A stretch of 64,000 nt of DNA, from contig CM069140.1 in the NCBI GenBank assembly GCA_035221665.1, positions 28,830,001-28,894,000 of the forward strand, given 5' to 3'. A program made the position numbers and the translations under genes. The stretch comes from Okamejei kenojei. Taxonomy: Eukaryota. Positions 1 to 13,575 of the stretch are shown piece after piece; positions within the stretch are counted from its first letter, which is position 1, and the number at the start of each line of letters is the position of its first letter. Under the pieces are notes generated by a model. It saw only the letters and a list, made by a program, of their open reading frames with translations. It was not told where the DNA came from and searched no databases.

Positions 1-79
1 GAGTTGCCCTCCAAGTCACGCACCATCCTGACTTGGAAACGCATTGTCGTTCCTTCATCATCGCTGTTTTTATTTCACT

Positions 80-1033
80 TGTTGCATTTTTGAGGATGTA
101 ACAAGTAAAATGGACAAGGGAGAGCCAGTGGATGTCATGCACTGGAGATTTAGAAAGCCTTTGATAAAGTTCCACACAGGAGATTAGTGGGCAAAATTAA
201 AGCACATGGTATTGGGAATAAGGTACTGACATGGATAGAAGATTGGTTGGCAGACAGGAAACAAAGAGTATGGATTAACGGGTCCCTTTCAGAATGGCAG
301 GCACTGACTAGTGGGGTACAGCAAGGCTCAATGCTGGGACCACAGCTATTCACAATATACATTAATGATTTAGGTGAAGGAATTAAGCACATTTCCAGAT
401 GTCACAAAGCTGGGTGGCAGTGTGAACTGTGAAGAGGATGCTATGAGGATGCAGAGTGACTTGGACAGGTTGGGTGAGTGGGCAGATGCATGGCAGATGC
501 AGTATAATGTGGATAAATGTGAGGTTATCCACTTTGGAGGCAGGAACGGGAAGGCAGATTATTATCTGAATGGTGTCGGGTTAGGAAAAGGGGAAATACA
601 ACGAGACCTGGGTGTCCTAGTACATCAGTCACTGAAAGTACAGCAGGCAGTGAAGAAAGCTAATGACATGTTAACCTTCATAGCAAGAGGAGTTGAGTAT
701 AGGAGCAAAGAGGTCCAGCAGTTGTACAGGGCTCTGGTGAGAGGACACCTGGAGTATTGTGTGCAGTTTTGGTCTCCTAATTTGAGGAAGGACATTCTTG
801 CTATTGAGGGAGTGCAGCTCAGGTCCACGAGGTCAATTCCCGGGATGGTGGGACTGTCATGTGATGAAAGAATACTGTCATTTGTCACTGTCGTATGATG
901 AAAGACTGGGCTTGTGTTCACTGGAATTTAGAAGGATCTTATAGTAACATAAAATTATTAAGGGATTGGACACGCTAGATGCAGGAAACATGTTCCCGAT
1001 GTTGAGGGAGTCCAGAACCAGGGGCCACAGTTT
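80..1033 (+). mobile_element. CR1/HER1-type LINE, RT fragment (5' part of a split copy)
   Basis: [60 protein letters not shown]; frameshifted. Confidence 0.9.
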
Positions 1034-2426
1034 GCTTTTTTCACTTAAGTTTTTATTGATATATACAAAACAGTGCAACACGATCACCATAAATAAAACA
1101 AAATAAGAAAAACAGCAACCAAAATCAAAAAAATAATAATAATAAATACGGAAAAAAAGAGGTAAATACATTTTTTAAATGGAATAAGACCGTGTGGTTC
1201 ACTTACCAAATTAAAAAAAATAAAAAATTACATTGATTAGTTATCTGGAGATATTTCAATATTGGCACAAACATACCATCTAGTTCTATATAACACAGTC
1301 TTCCCATATCCAGCTCAGCATTTATCTAGTTGGTGTTATGGCTCAAATAAACGGTCCATTTTTCCCAGATCTTCTCAAATGAATTCTCCTTGACTCTCAA
1401 GAAATATGTCAGTTTCTCCATAGTAAAGATGTTGCGCACAATTTCTAGCCACTGTTTCCTGTTTTTTTTTTCTTTTCATTAAGCCACTGCCTTGTTGCAA
1501 ACAAAACTTGAATCAAATAAGTATCTTCTATCTTTACAATATCTTTAATGTGCCCCAGATACATCACAGGGCAGGTATTTGGGATTTTATAACCCAAGAT
1601 ATTTTTAACAGCTGTGTTAACATTTTCCCAGTATGGCCTTATCTTTACACAGTTCCTGAAAATAAGTGAGTGGTCTGCCTCCATACTCCCGCACAGCCTC
1701 CAACAGTGTTGCTGTACAGCAAGTTGCCTGCTTTTTATTTTGGGTGTTATAAAAAAGCGAGTTAGATTCTTCCAGCAAAATTCTCTCCATACTAGTGAGC
1801 TTGTGGGTGTACATTGTGTTTCATACATTTGATACCATTCTTCTTCTGTTATTTGAATTTTAAATTCTGCATCCCATTTAGTTTTTATGTAGAGTGTTGA
1901 TTCTCCCTCACTTCCCACCAGAGCTTGGTGGAAAACAGAGATGACCCGAGACCCCTTCTGTTTGTATGCATCCACAATCACCTTGATCTCATTATTTGAA
2001 GTTTCATCTAGTTCTGGCCTTATCTCTTTTGTAAACTAGTCTCTTAATTGCAAATATCTAAAAATATCTTTGTTTTCGAGACCATACTTTGACTTTAAAT
2101 CTTGGTAGCTCGTAAACTCACCATTTTCTGAAACTGTATACATTGCCGTTATGCCTTTTTGTACCCATTCTTTGAATCTTGAAACGTACACCCCTGGCTT
2201 AAACTTTGAGTCATATGCGAACCACTTCAATGCGTGAACCCCTCTTTTTAATTTGTATTTTTCCACTACAACATTCCATAATTCGAACGTAAATGCTACT
2301 ATTGGATCCATAGCATGTCTCAAAGCCCCTCTCAGATATTTGTCTCCCACCAAAATCTGGGTCTGGTTACCCTGTATCTCCCTTTCCATTTCTTTCCATC
2401 GAGACTCAGAGTCAGGTCTACACCAA
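1034..2426 (-). mobile_element. L1/Tx1-clade LINE 3' fragment inserted into the CR1 copy, 15-bp TSD
   Basis: ORF2 C-terminal pieces (FRYLQLR; CWRLCGSMEADHSLIFRNC zinc-binding motif) and an AATAAA/A-rich end. TSD CAGGGGCCACAGTTT at 1019-1033 and 2427-2441. Confidence 0.85.
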
Positions 2427-2710
2427 CAGGGGCCACAGTTTAAGAATAAGGGGTAGGCCATTTAGAACTGAGATGAGGAAAAACCTCCTCACACAGAGAG
2501 TTGTGAATTTGTGGAATTCTCTGCCTCAGAAGGCAGCGGAGGCCAATTCACTGGATGCATTCAAAAGAGAGTTAGATAGAGCTCTTGGGGCTAGCGGAAT
2601 CAAGGGGTTTGGGGTGAAGGCAGGAACGGGCTACTGATTGTGGATCACATTGAATGGTGGTGCTGGCTCGAAGGCCCGAATGGCCTACTCTTGCACCTAT
2701 TGTCTATGTA
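2427..2710 (+). mobile_element. CR1/HER1 LINE 3' end (continuation of the 80-1033 copy)
   Basis: Resumes exactly at the TSD; 3' UTR matches the copy at 14110-14677. Confidence 0.85.
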
Positions 2711-2840
2711 TCTATCCATCTATCTATGGGTCCTGAACTCCCTCCCTAACAACATTGTGGGTATAGCCACGCCTCAAGGCTTGCTGCAGTTCAAGAAGAC
2801 AGCTCATCAGTACCTCAAGGTCAATTAGAGGTGTCATTTA

Positions 2841-3138
2841 GATTTAGTTTAGTTGTGAGATAGTGTGAAAACAGGCCCTTTGGCCCACCGAGTCTGCGCT
2901 GACCTGCGATCACCCATTCACACGTCCTACACAGTGGGGCCAATTTACAATTTGCAGAAACCAACTAACCTACAAACCTGTACGTCTGTGGAGCATGGGA
3001 GGAAACTGGAGCACCTGGAGAAAGCTCACTAAGTCAGAGAAAACGTGCAAATTCCGTACAGACTGCACTCGTGGTCAAAATCAAACCTGGGTCTCTGACG
3101 CTATAAGGCAGCAACGTTACTGCTGCGCCACTGTGCCC
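2841..3138 (-). mobile_element. tRNA-derived V-SINE (HE1-like)
   Basis: Reverse complement of the 12421-12731 family: A/B-box head, central ggtttcctcccac domain, (ctaaa)n tail. Confidence 0.8.
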
Positions 3139-3654
3139 CTCTAAATGCTGGCTTAGCCTGCATAGGCCACATCCCGTGAATTAATTAAAAAACATTCAGG
3201 TCAAGGATGAGAACTCTTAAATGGAGGCATGTAATTGATGTGTGGCAGGGCGGAGGGAGATGGAGCTTTTAATGCAACATGAGGTCAGTAGGAGATGGCA
3301 CTTTCCCTAGGTTTATAACAAGATTTAGCTCCAACTTTGCGAATAAAAGCAGTAACTCTGAGTGTAAATCTTCACACAGCTGAAGTCCCTGTTTTTTTTT
3401 TGTCAATGAAAGTTCATGAATCAGAATGTGACGGTGGGAGAGCACATTGCTGAGTCAGCGTTCTTCCACAGCACTGCGAGAACCCATTGACCCTGACTCC
3501 ACTGCTGCCAAATTGAAGAATGGTCTTATTAATGTTTATTCAATAAAAAAAACATCAAGCTCTGCATGGTTCAGCCAATCAGTTAGCAATTCATTTCACT
3601 GGAAGGTCACTGATGATGGAAGGTTTAGGCACCAGTTTAACCCTTTGATTAATT

Positions 3655-3948
3655 TTTAGTTTTAGTTTTAGAGATACAGCGTGGAAACAGGCCCTTCGGT
3701 CCGCTGAGTCCGTACCGACCAGCGATCCCTGCACACTGGCACCACCTTACACACTGGGGACAATTTACAATCTTTACTGGAGCCAATTAACCTACAAACC
3801 TGCAGGTCTTTGGAATGTGGCAGGGAAGGGAAGCACCTGGGGAAAACCCACGTGGTCACAAGGAAAAGATTCAAACTCCATACAGACAGCACCAGTGGTC
3901 AGGATCGAATCCAGGTCTTGGCGCTATAAGGTAGCAACTCTACCGCTG
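3655..3948 (-). mobile_element. tRNA-derived V-SINE (HE1-like)
   Basis: Same family sequence. Confidence 0.85.
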
Positions 3949-4886
3949 TTTTGCCCAAACGTGTTGCCCACTATTTTGTAGACAAGAAAAAACTATTTGC
4001 ATAATTTATTTTTGTTGCTAAATTCTTCCCCTAATTTCAATATTCTAGCTGTGATGCACAAGCTCTTCTTTGCAGGTAAAGATGGGAATCAGCCTGTAAT
4101 TGTTGCTAGCGCAACCATCCACAAGGTAGAACAGGAAAGGTCAGCCGTGAGCTAGAAGTAGCTCCAACAAAGGGTCTTTGACCTGGAACATTAGCTCCGC
4201 TTCTCTCTCCATCGACGCTGCCTGTCCTGCTGAGGATTTCCAGCATTTTTTGTTTTTATTTCAGGTTTCAAGAATTCTTTTTTTTTTTTAATTTTCTTTG
4301 AAGGTTAATTGGGGGCACTCATATTAAGTAAGACGTGCCCAGTGGGCAAAGGACGTGGGCAAAAGTGGACAAGGCTAGTTCAGAGATATTGTGAGGGGCA
4401 GCACAGTGATGCAGCTGGTAGAGCTGCTACCTCACAGCACCAGTGACTCGGATTCAATGATTCAATAGTTCCTTGGTGCTTTATTTGTCATCTGTGCGAC
4501 TACACAGTGAAATTATTTTTAGGTGCCGCCATGCTTTGGTGTCTTTTCCAAAATCCAAAGTCCAGTCCGCCCGCACCCTCGGTCTTGTGGAGCAGCTCCT
4601 GCTGGGTCTTCCTCTGTCCCCTTCCACTGGATCAGCTCACGAATCAACCTCCCTCTCCTCACCCGGCCATCTCAATCCTCGTCTCAGGTGCTAGTTGTGT
4701 GGGGTTTGCATGTTTTCCTTGAGACTGCGTGGGTTTCCCCTGGGAGCTCCGGTTTCCACCCACACCCCAAAGGCTTATGGGTTGATCGGTTAAATGGCCA
4801 CTGTAGTGCTCTGAGGGCATAGATGAATGGTAGACTCTGCAGTGAATTAATGGAAATGTGGGGAGAATAAACTGGAAATAGTGTAG

Positions 4887-5126
4887 AAACATAGAAACAT
4901 AGAAATTAGGTGCAGGAGCAGGCCATTCGGCCCTTCGAGCCTGCACCGCCATTCAATATGATCATGGCTGATCATCCAACTCGATATCCTGTACCTGCCT
5001 TCTCTCCATACCCCCTGATCCCTTCAGCCACAAGGGCCACATCCAACTCCCTCTTAAATATGGCCAACGAACTGGCCTCAACTACCTTCTGTGGCAGAGA
5101 ATTCCACAGATTCACCACTCTCTGTG
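4887..5126 (-). mobile_element. CR1/HER1 LINE 3' end
   Basis: Reverse complement of the shared CR1 3' UTR with (tagaaaca)n tail. Confidence 0.75.
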
Positions 5127-5740
5127 TAGTATCAGTCTAATTAAATGGTTGATCGGCGGTATGGACTAGATGGGCCAAAGGGCTTAATTCTGTGCTATAC
5201 TACTCCATGCTTCCCCGAGTTTATAATATTCCTTCATAGAATGATCAGTGAGTGGAATGTGCTCTGGGTATGGGTAAGCAACCTTCCACCACTATCCTCT
5301 GCTTCCTACCATAAAGCCAATTCTGTATCCAGTTAGCCAGCTTGCCTTGGATCCCACGCGATCCAACATTCTGGAGCAACCTACCGTGCTAAACCTTATC
5401 AAAGGCTTTGTTGAACTCCATCTGAGCTATGCCTATGGCCCTTCCCTCATCACCCTTCTTGGTTACTTCTTGAAAAAACGGAATCAAATTCATGAGATAC
5501 AAAATAGTATCATCTGAATTCTCTCCATCGCCAGTCCGCAAGTCCCAATCTAAAAAGGTCTGGAAATTTGTACCTTTGAGCAGTTTGGCAAATATACATT
5601 TCATTCATGCACAAGCCATGCTTGTCCTTTTCAAAGATCTCTGATGGTGAATTAATACATCACTCAAGATTTTCACTGTGTCCTTATGAAACTCTCCTGC
5701 AGTTTGTAGCCCTGACAGGCGGCAGTAATTCACGCTCCCA

Positions 5741-6030
5741 GGTGCACGGTGGTGCAGCGGTAGAGTTGCTACCTTACAGTGCCAGAGACCTGGTGCTATC
5801 TGTACGGAGTTTGTTTGTTCTCCCCCGTGACCTACGTGGGTTTTCTCCGGGTACTCCGGTTTCTTCCCGCACTCCAAAGATGTACAGGTTTGTAGGTTAA
5901 ATGCCTTCTGGGAAATTGTAAAGATTGTCCCCAGTTTGTTGGATAGTGTTAGTTTGTGGGGATCGCTGGTCAGCACGGATCCGGTGGGCCGAAGGGCCTG
6001 TTTTCATGTTGCATCTCTAAACTAAACTTA
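5741..6030 (+). mobile_element. tRNA-derived V-SINE (HE1-like)
   Basis: ggtggtgcagcggtagag head, V-domain, ctaaactaaa tail; B-box deleted. Confidence 0.85.
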
Positions 6031-6224
6031 GCATCTGACAGCTGTGGAGGCCAAGTCTATGGATATTTTTAAGGTGGAGATTAATTGATTGGTGTCAGGG
6101 GTTACGTCCAAACAAAATCTCCTCTGGTCCAAAAGAGAAGGCAGTAGAATGGGATTGTGACGGGCTTAAAAAGATAGATCAGCGTACCCAAGGATTGAAT
6201 GGCGGAGTATACTGTTGATGGGAA

Positions 6225-7175
6225 ATAACAAATTCCGAATGGTCTATTTCTCCAGCCTCCCAATAGCCACTTGCAGCCTTCCCCCCCACAGTGACTTATG
6301 ATGTACTGGGGGCGCCGTCCAGTTGGCATGGTTGCCCAGCCTGCAGCTGTCTGTCTTTTAACTTCTTTCTTTTATTTTTAGTGAGTTTTAGTGTTTTGTT
6401 TTGGAGTTTATTATTTTGTATGTGGGGGATGTGGGTGGTGGGGGGGGGGGGGGGGGGGGGGGGGGGGTAGAAGGGGGAAACTGCTTTTCCTGGTCCCTAA
6501 CTGGTTGGAGAGGCAGCTTTTCTCCGGGCTGCAACTTCGACCCGCCCTCGCGGCCCACCAGCGGGCCTGGAGCGGCGTTTCCTGAGGGGGGCCGCCCAGA
6601 ACCTCGGCTTCAGCGGCGGCGCACCATCGCGGAGCGTTGCGGGCGATGCCTTGCTGGGTCGCTGCGCTGGAGCTCCGGAATGCTGAGACCGCAGGTGAAC
6701 TTCGCGGAGCTGCGGGGCTGTGGGGCGGCCAGCTGCGGGCGGCGGCGCTGAACTTTAACATCGGGAGCCTGGGATCTCTCGGCGAGATCGCCAGAGGTGG
6801 AGCTCCATCCGGCGCGGCCTTGTCGGCTTCGGAAACCACGGACTCCGGTAAGGAAGCGGCCGTTCCAGGTGTCCCAAGCCGCCGTGAGGATTCTCCCAAC
6901 GCCGGAGCGCCATCACCCGGCGAGAACGGCCTAAAACATCGGGCCGCCGTACTGCCGACTGCGGAGGCCTCAATAGGCCAGACTATGGGTGGACATGGGG
7001 ATGGGACTGGACTTTGTGCCTTCCCCCACAGTGGGAACCATTGTGGGGGGATGTTTTTATGTTTATTGTTCATTCTTTAATGTTGTGTCTTATCTTTATC
7101 TGTGTGCTGCATGGCAAGTCAAATTTCACTACACCAACTGGTGTATGCGACAATAAATGTCCTTTGTCCTTTGAA
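6225..7175 (+). mobile_element. GC-rich non-coding interspersed repeat with a Rex1/L2-like 3' tail
   Basis: T-rich stretch, G-run, CpG-rich body, then aatttcact...gacaataaa plus a short tandem tail; same layout at 12733-13575 (-) and 54640-55310 (+). Confidence 0.55.
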
Positions 7176-10100
7176 CATCAGCCGCTTCTCTTCTCTGGTG
7201 TGTTGTTTCCTGGACCACAATGGAAAATCTCCACCCATTCCATATGTCTGAATCCACTCTCTTTTCTCAAGCTCACTGAGAATCCACCGCCATCATTACA
7301 GTTCCCCCGAGTGAACCCTATTTTCTCATTTTGTTCAGGGTCCTTGTCCTGATACTGACCCAAGTAACTTCATCATCAGCTTGATGCAGAGCCCCTCGAA
7401 TCTTTCTGCTTGAGGAAACAGAGTTTGACTTGTAAACAAGATCATCCTGGTACAACAATGGTACAACAATGTCTAAAATGTCACACTACACGGTGCACCC
7501 AATTCTTGAAGGTCTGCTCATATTATGTTTGCTAAATCACTGTCTACATACTCTAATAAAAATATATATTTAAAAAAAAATTATATATATATATATTATT
7601 TTAAAGGGAGTGATACGTTTATTAAGAAGAGTCTCGTCCTGAAACGTCACCTATTCCTTCTCTCCAGAGATGCTGCCTGACCTGCTGAGTTACTCCAGCA
7701 TTTAGTGTCTATCTTCGGTGGACACCTTTATTAAACTGGGGGAAATAGTCATAAATGTGGACTTTGCTAAATTGTGTATGGCAGGTGATAGTGAAATACT
7801 TGGTGTGTCCAACTCCTACTGAGGATTGCAATGGACTGGCAATCTGCTGACATTGTTGCATGTCAAAGGGGTCGCACACAAACACAAGCACCGTCAGGAT
7901 AATTGTAGAAGTGTTCTTGCTGGCCAACATGGATGCAATGGGCTGAAGGGCCTGTTACCCGGCTGTTTGATTCTATGACTCTGGGGCTGACAACTGAACT
8001 AACATTCGCAGAGATTACAGAGTTAATAATCAATTGAGCTGATTATAAATGTATTAAAAACCAAAATCAAGATTTGTTAATTGAACTACTTAGTCAAAAA
8101 GGACACTTTAAAGCTATTTAATGTGTGGAAGGGTTTGTAAATCTATGGTAAAATTTGCATTTGTAGTGTATATAATTTTTACACTTGACACTCCATAAAT
8201 GTATTACTGTTCAGGGCTTGTAAATGCATATGAATTGCTTGTAAAAAATTAAACATATAGGTTGATTTATCAAAGGCCATGTGAGGAGATTGCTCATTGA
8301 AATATATTGAACTGCTAAAACCCAAAGGCTATTTGAATCAAGGAGACTGGCCACTTAGGAGCTGGGTACGGAATAAAAATTCAGGAAACTGAGATTTGTG
8401 GCCATAGGGATCCAGGCGATCAGGTAATGAATGGGTCACTAAAGGAATGAATAGAGAGGTGAGGTTGCTGGAGACTTTAAAACAATGGCACAATGTTGTA
8501 TAATGTCTAAATGGTTCATAGGAGCTGTCCCAAATAACATTTAATTCTAAATCACATGTACCAAGTCTGGTTCCTTCTATCTACTACATATACAATGATA
8601 ATCCCTCACTCTGTTATAGCAGACAATCAGATTTAACAGATACCATTTCCTTCCCTTATCGTAACGATGTAACGAGGGTTTACTGTGCACTCTCTAATCC
8701 AGACAGAGTTAGTGTTAATGGCAGAAAGGTTACGGGACATTTCCAGAAAACTGGAACAGGGGCAGAATTTGGATGATCAGTCATGATCACGTTGAATGGC
8801 TGGGCAGGCTCAGAGGGCCGAGTGGCATCCTATTCCTATTTTCTATGTTTTTGCATAGGACATCAGAGCATAGAGTCATAAATGGAAACAGGCCCTTTGG
8901 ATATGGAATGGAAACGGCCCTTCGGCCCAACCTGTCCATGCTGAGCAGGTTAACTGCACTGCTTATAAATGAGCCTCTGGCCCATTTTCCTAATTTTTGC
9001 CGGCTATTCAACTGTACATTGGCACAGTGTGCTTCTACGTAAGTCCAGCATATCGTCAACGGGGAATCCAATGACCTCTGTGCTGCAGCAAGCTTTTTGA
9101 ATGGTTGGTATTAAAATGTGGAAAATGCAGTGCGAGTCTGTGCAGCATAAACTCCTCTAAACAGCAGGAGTGTAGATGCTGGTTTATACCAAAAATAGAC
9201 ACAAAGTGCTGGAGTAACTCAGCGGGTCAGGGAGCACCGCTGGAGAAAAAGGACAGGTGATGTTTCGGGTCGGGATCCTTCTTCAGACCATCTTCACCCA
9301 TCCTTTTTCTCCAGAGGTGCTGCCAGACCCACTGAGTTACTCCAGCGCTTTGCATCTATCACCTCTAAAGGGTGATTGTTTTCTTTTAGTAGAGAATTAA
9401 CCGTTGGGTCATGCACTGGGACAGCTCCTATCCCTTCACCAAAACGCTCGCATAACATGTGAAAGATGGCACCCCTGGCAGGGCTCCCGGAGAATGGTCC
9501 AAGTAGCCAGCTGAACCCCTCAATCTGCCTGGAATGTAAACCTGCATTTGTACTGACGTCTTGGAGTAATGAAGGGAGTGGAGCAGGTTTATTAATCAGA
9601 CATGCTGTTTGACATGATTAGCTTAAAGCAAGCCAGCGAATGCTTGACACTGAGTCGTCCAGGAGATCTCTGCAGACACATTATTGCAGAGAGAGACAAC
9701 ATGCCTCTGATGATGATTGAAGACCAGCCTGCTTGTTTCAAAACGGGTGGCAACCTACTCACTGCTTCTGCCATCTCCAAGTCATCCGACTGATCATGTG
9801 GCTCTCAGCACCGTATGAGCAGAAATCTCCGCCAGTGGGGAGAAAGGGTCAGAATTTAGGAGATAACGTGTGTGGAACTTTCTCACCCCCTGTGATTGAC
9901 CTCAACTTTGGAACCATGACTTGGGATCGGCCAGGCTTTAGTCTGAGCACTGATGCTGGACTCCGCATGGAATTCAGCAGAGGAGAGAGATCTTGGGCTA
10001 AGTGGACACACTAGACATTCACTCCAGAAGACAAAACATTGCTGGAGTCTCTCATCGGGCCAGGCAGCATCTCTGGGCAACATGGATAGGTGACGTTTTA

Positions 10101-10486
10101 GGTCGGGTTGCTTCAGACATTCATTCCAGTTGTGAGGAAGCACAACGGGGAAGCCACCTATTGATTTCAGTGGAAGGTAACAGCTGCAAAAAGCCTCTTA
10201 ATTATTTTTCCATACATTAAACGTTTTACTTTATTTATTTTTTTATTTTTTATAATATTTTTTGCAATCAGATAGCTCACAACCTCCATTTCCATTTCAG
10301 ATCTGGTCCTTCTGTCCATCTTGTAGCCATGTCTGACTACTTGGATATGCAAGGAATGGAGGGATATGGATGACATGTGGGTAGAGGAGATTAGTTTAAC
10401 TTGGCGTTCTGTGAGCTGAAGGGCCTCTTCCCGTGCTGTTCTATGTTCTATGTACTTCATTCTCCCTCCGCCCATCTGTCTCACCA

Positions 10487-10777
10487 TTTGAGATCAACGA
10501 TGCAGGCCTTCGGCCCACTGTGTTCGCGCTGAACAGCAATCACCCCGTACACTAGCACCATCCTACACACCAAGAACAATTTACAATTTTTACCGAAGCC
10601 AATTGACCTACAAACCTGTATGTCTTTGGAGTGTGGGAGGAAATTGGAGCACCCGGAGGAAACCCAAGCAGTCACAGAGAGAACGCACAGACTCCGTACA
10701 GAGGGCACCCGTAGTCAGGATTGAACCTGGGTCTCTGGCGCTGTAGGGCAGCAACTCTACCGCTGCGCCACTCTGCT
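10487..10777 (-). mobile_element. tRNA-derived V-SINE (HE1-like)
   Basis: Same family sequence. Confidence 0.85.
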
Positions 10778-11237
10778 GACCTCATTTCTTGCCACTGACC
10801 TGATTAGTTCAAAGAAGTGAAATTGAATAATGTTATTCCAACACGCTCCTGGCTGCCCTAACTCACTCTACTCATTGTGAATGAGGGCGGGCAAGTTGGG
10901 CCGAAGGGCCTGTTTTCACACTGTATGACTCAATGACTCTATGAGTGTATTACGGGGAGAAGCTTGTCATGAGGATTAGATTCATGGCTCCTGATATCAA
11001 AGCTTCATCCTGAACAACTGCAGGTATTGATGTGGGACACAAAACCACAGTCCTTCTGACCGCCCAGCGACCCGCTCATTCATCAATGCTGCAAGCGATC
11101 CCAAGTACGGCAATATGTCAAATGGTTCTCTTCATACCGAGAGATAGAAACACTGGTGTATCTTGGTGCCGTGGCAACTGTCACCATGAGGTGAGTAAAT
11201 CCTGAGTAGTTTGCTCAATATAAACAAAGTTTTGCTT

Positions 11238-11529
11238 GGTTTAGAGATACAGCGCGGAGACAGACCCTTCAGCCCACTGAGTCCGCACTGACCACAATCC
11301 CCACACATTAACACTGTCTTACTCACACGAGAGACAATTTACATTTATACCGAGCCAATTAACTTACAAACCAGTACGTCTTTGGAGTGTGGGAGGAAAC
11401 CGAAGGTCTTGAAGAGAACCCATGCGGTCATGGGCAGAACATACAAACTCCGTAGTCGGGATTGAACCCGGTCTCTGGTGCAGTAAGCACTGTAAGCCAG
11501 CAACTCTACAGCTACACCACTGTGCTGCC
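11238..11529 (-). mobile_element. tRNA-derived V-SINE (HE1-like)
   Basis: Same family sequence. Confidence 0.8.
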
Positions 11530-12420
11530 CTTGAGAGACTTGTATTTGTACCGCATCTTTCATTATATCAGAGCACCACCCAGTTCTGTAGAGGAAGCTC
11601 AGTGCTCTCTGAACTGCTGCAATGTCAGAAGTATGGCAACTGGTTTGTTCCCCATTCAGTGATGATAATAGCTAAATAATCTGATGTACTCTGATTGAGA
11701 CATACGTGAATTGGCCAGGATCCCGGGAATAATTCCACTGCTCTTGGGAGTGTCTGCATGAGAGAGGAATCGAATGGATGTTGGATCTGATGAAAGGGTG
11801 CAATATGTTGGCCCAATGATAGCAGAATCCACAATAAACCCCCCCTTCCACCTGAAGAAGGGTCTCTGCCCGAAACGTTACCTATTTCCTTTGCTCCATA
11901 GATGCTGAGTTTCTCCAGCATTTTTGTCTACCTTCGATTTCCCAGCATCTGCAGTCACTTCTTAAACATTCAACCTCATCGATGCCCAATTGTCCAACCA
12001 TAATCTGTGGAATGCTGCTCAGCACATAATTTCCTGAATTACAGTACTGAACAGCTTTGAAAATACATAATTAGTTGCAAAGTTATTTCTGGATGTCTTA
12101 AGGTCAGAAAGTGGATGCATCACCTTCTTTGGCAGGGCATTCTGGATTCAAACCATCCTCTGGGTGAATAGATTCCTCCTCAGATCCCATATACACCTTT
12201 TATTCCTCACCTTACACCAATATCTTTGGCATGGTGCAAATGTTCTTCCTATCTATCCTATGTGTTGCTTTCATAACTTTCCTTCATGTTCCCCCTCCAC
12301 CTACTCTGCTCCATGGAGAAAAAAACTCAGCCACCCCATCTCTCTCTGACTGAAACATTCCAGCACAGGCAATGTGCTGGTGAATTTCTGCACCATCTCA
12401 TCAGTAGGGAGGTCAGTGGT

Positions 12421-12731
12421 GGCTCAGTGGCGCAGCGGTAGAGTTGCTGCCTTACAGCACCAGAGACCCGGGTTTGATCCTGACTACGGCTGCTGTTTGT
12501 ATGGAGTTTGGATGTTCCCCCCTGTGACCCCGTGGGTATTCTCCGGGTGCTCTGGTTTCCTCTCACACTCCATTGACGTGCTAGTTTGTAAGTTACTTGG
12601 CTTCTGTAAATTGCCCCTAACGTGTAGGACAGAACTAGTGTATGGGGTGGTTGCTGGTCAGCATGGTCTCAGTGGGCCAGAGAGCCTATTTCCACGCTGT
12701 ATCTCTAAACTAAACTAAACTAAACTAAACT
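12421..12731 (+). mobile_element. tRNA-derived V-SINE (HE1-like), full length
   Basis: A-box TGGCGCAGCGG, B-box-like GGTTTGATCC, central GGTTTCCTC.CAC domain, CR1-like 3' end and (CTAAA)5 tail. Confidence 0.9.
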
Positions 12732-12732
12732 C

Positions 12733-13575
12733 AATCAATCAGATTTATTCATCACATACACAATAGAGTGCAGTGAAATTAACTTGCCAGCAGCGGTACA
12801 ATAAAAAAGAACACACAATACACAATAAAAATGGAACACAAACATCCACCGAGCATTCTTCAGTGTGGTGAAAAGCACAAAGTACCATCAGTCCTCCTCC
12901 ATTTCCCCCGTGGTCGGGGCCATAAACCTCCGCAGTCGCCGCAAGGGCGGCCAGATGACAGGCCCTCTCATCTGGAAGGTAAGTCCCGAATCGGTGCTTC
13001 CCTATCGGAGACCGCAGTTTCAGGATGACGTAGGCCGCAGGCTGGCGGTCGGAGCTCTTCTCCAGGGATTCCCAGGAGAGGGATCCAGCTCCGGAAGGTA
13101 AGTAAGTCCCCGCCGCGCCCACGGCTAGAAGCTCCGCAGACGGCGGCCTCAAGATGTTGTAGGCCGCAGGCCAGTGGGTCGGAGCTCTTCTTCTCCGGGG
13201 GTCCCCAACGAGGGATCCCAGGCTCCGGACGCCGCACCCGCGGCTAGAGGCTCCGCAGCTTCAGACTGAACAGTCCACGGGCCAGCGATCGGTAAAAGTT
13301 CACGCTGCGCCTGTTGCTGAAGCTCCGGGCCCGACTCCGGGAAAGGCCGCACCAATCCTTGGTGCTAGGCCATGAAGGAGGCGACATGGATTTAGTCTGT
13401 GGAGGAGGCGATCGAGAGCGGTTTCCCCCTTACCCCCCCTACACCACCCCCCATGCAAAACACACTGAGAGACATTAAAACACACATTTAGACATACAAA
13501 AAAAAACAAAAAAAAGTAGAAATCTCTAACACGAAATGACTAAGACGGCAGGACAGCTGTCTCACAGCGGCCCCA
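12733..13575 (-). mobile_element. GC-rich non-coding interspersed repeat, tail-to-tail with a SINE
   Basis: Minus-strand end aatttcactgcac...tgatgaataaatc(tgat)n; layout as 6225-7175. Confidence 0.55.

Noticed and set aside
6401-7080. Overlapping GC-rich ORFs of 116-220 aa
   Set aside because: They arise from high GC content in a repeat; no recognisable motif and no splice support.
12421-12490. tRNA genes at SINE heads
   Set aside because: They have A/B boxes but continue into a shared V-domain and (CTAAA)n tail; these are tRNA-derived SINEs, not tRNAs.
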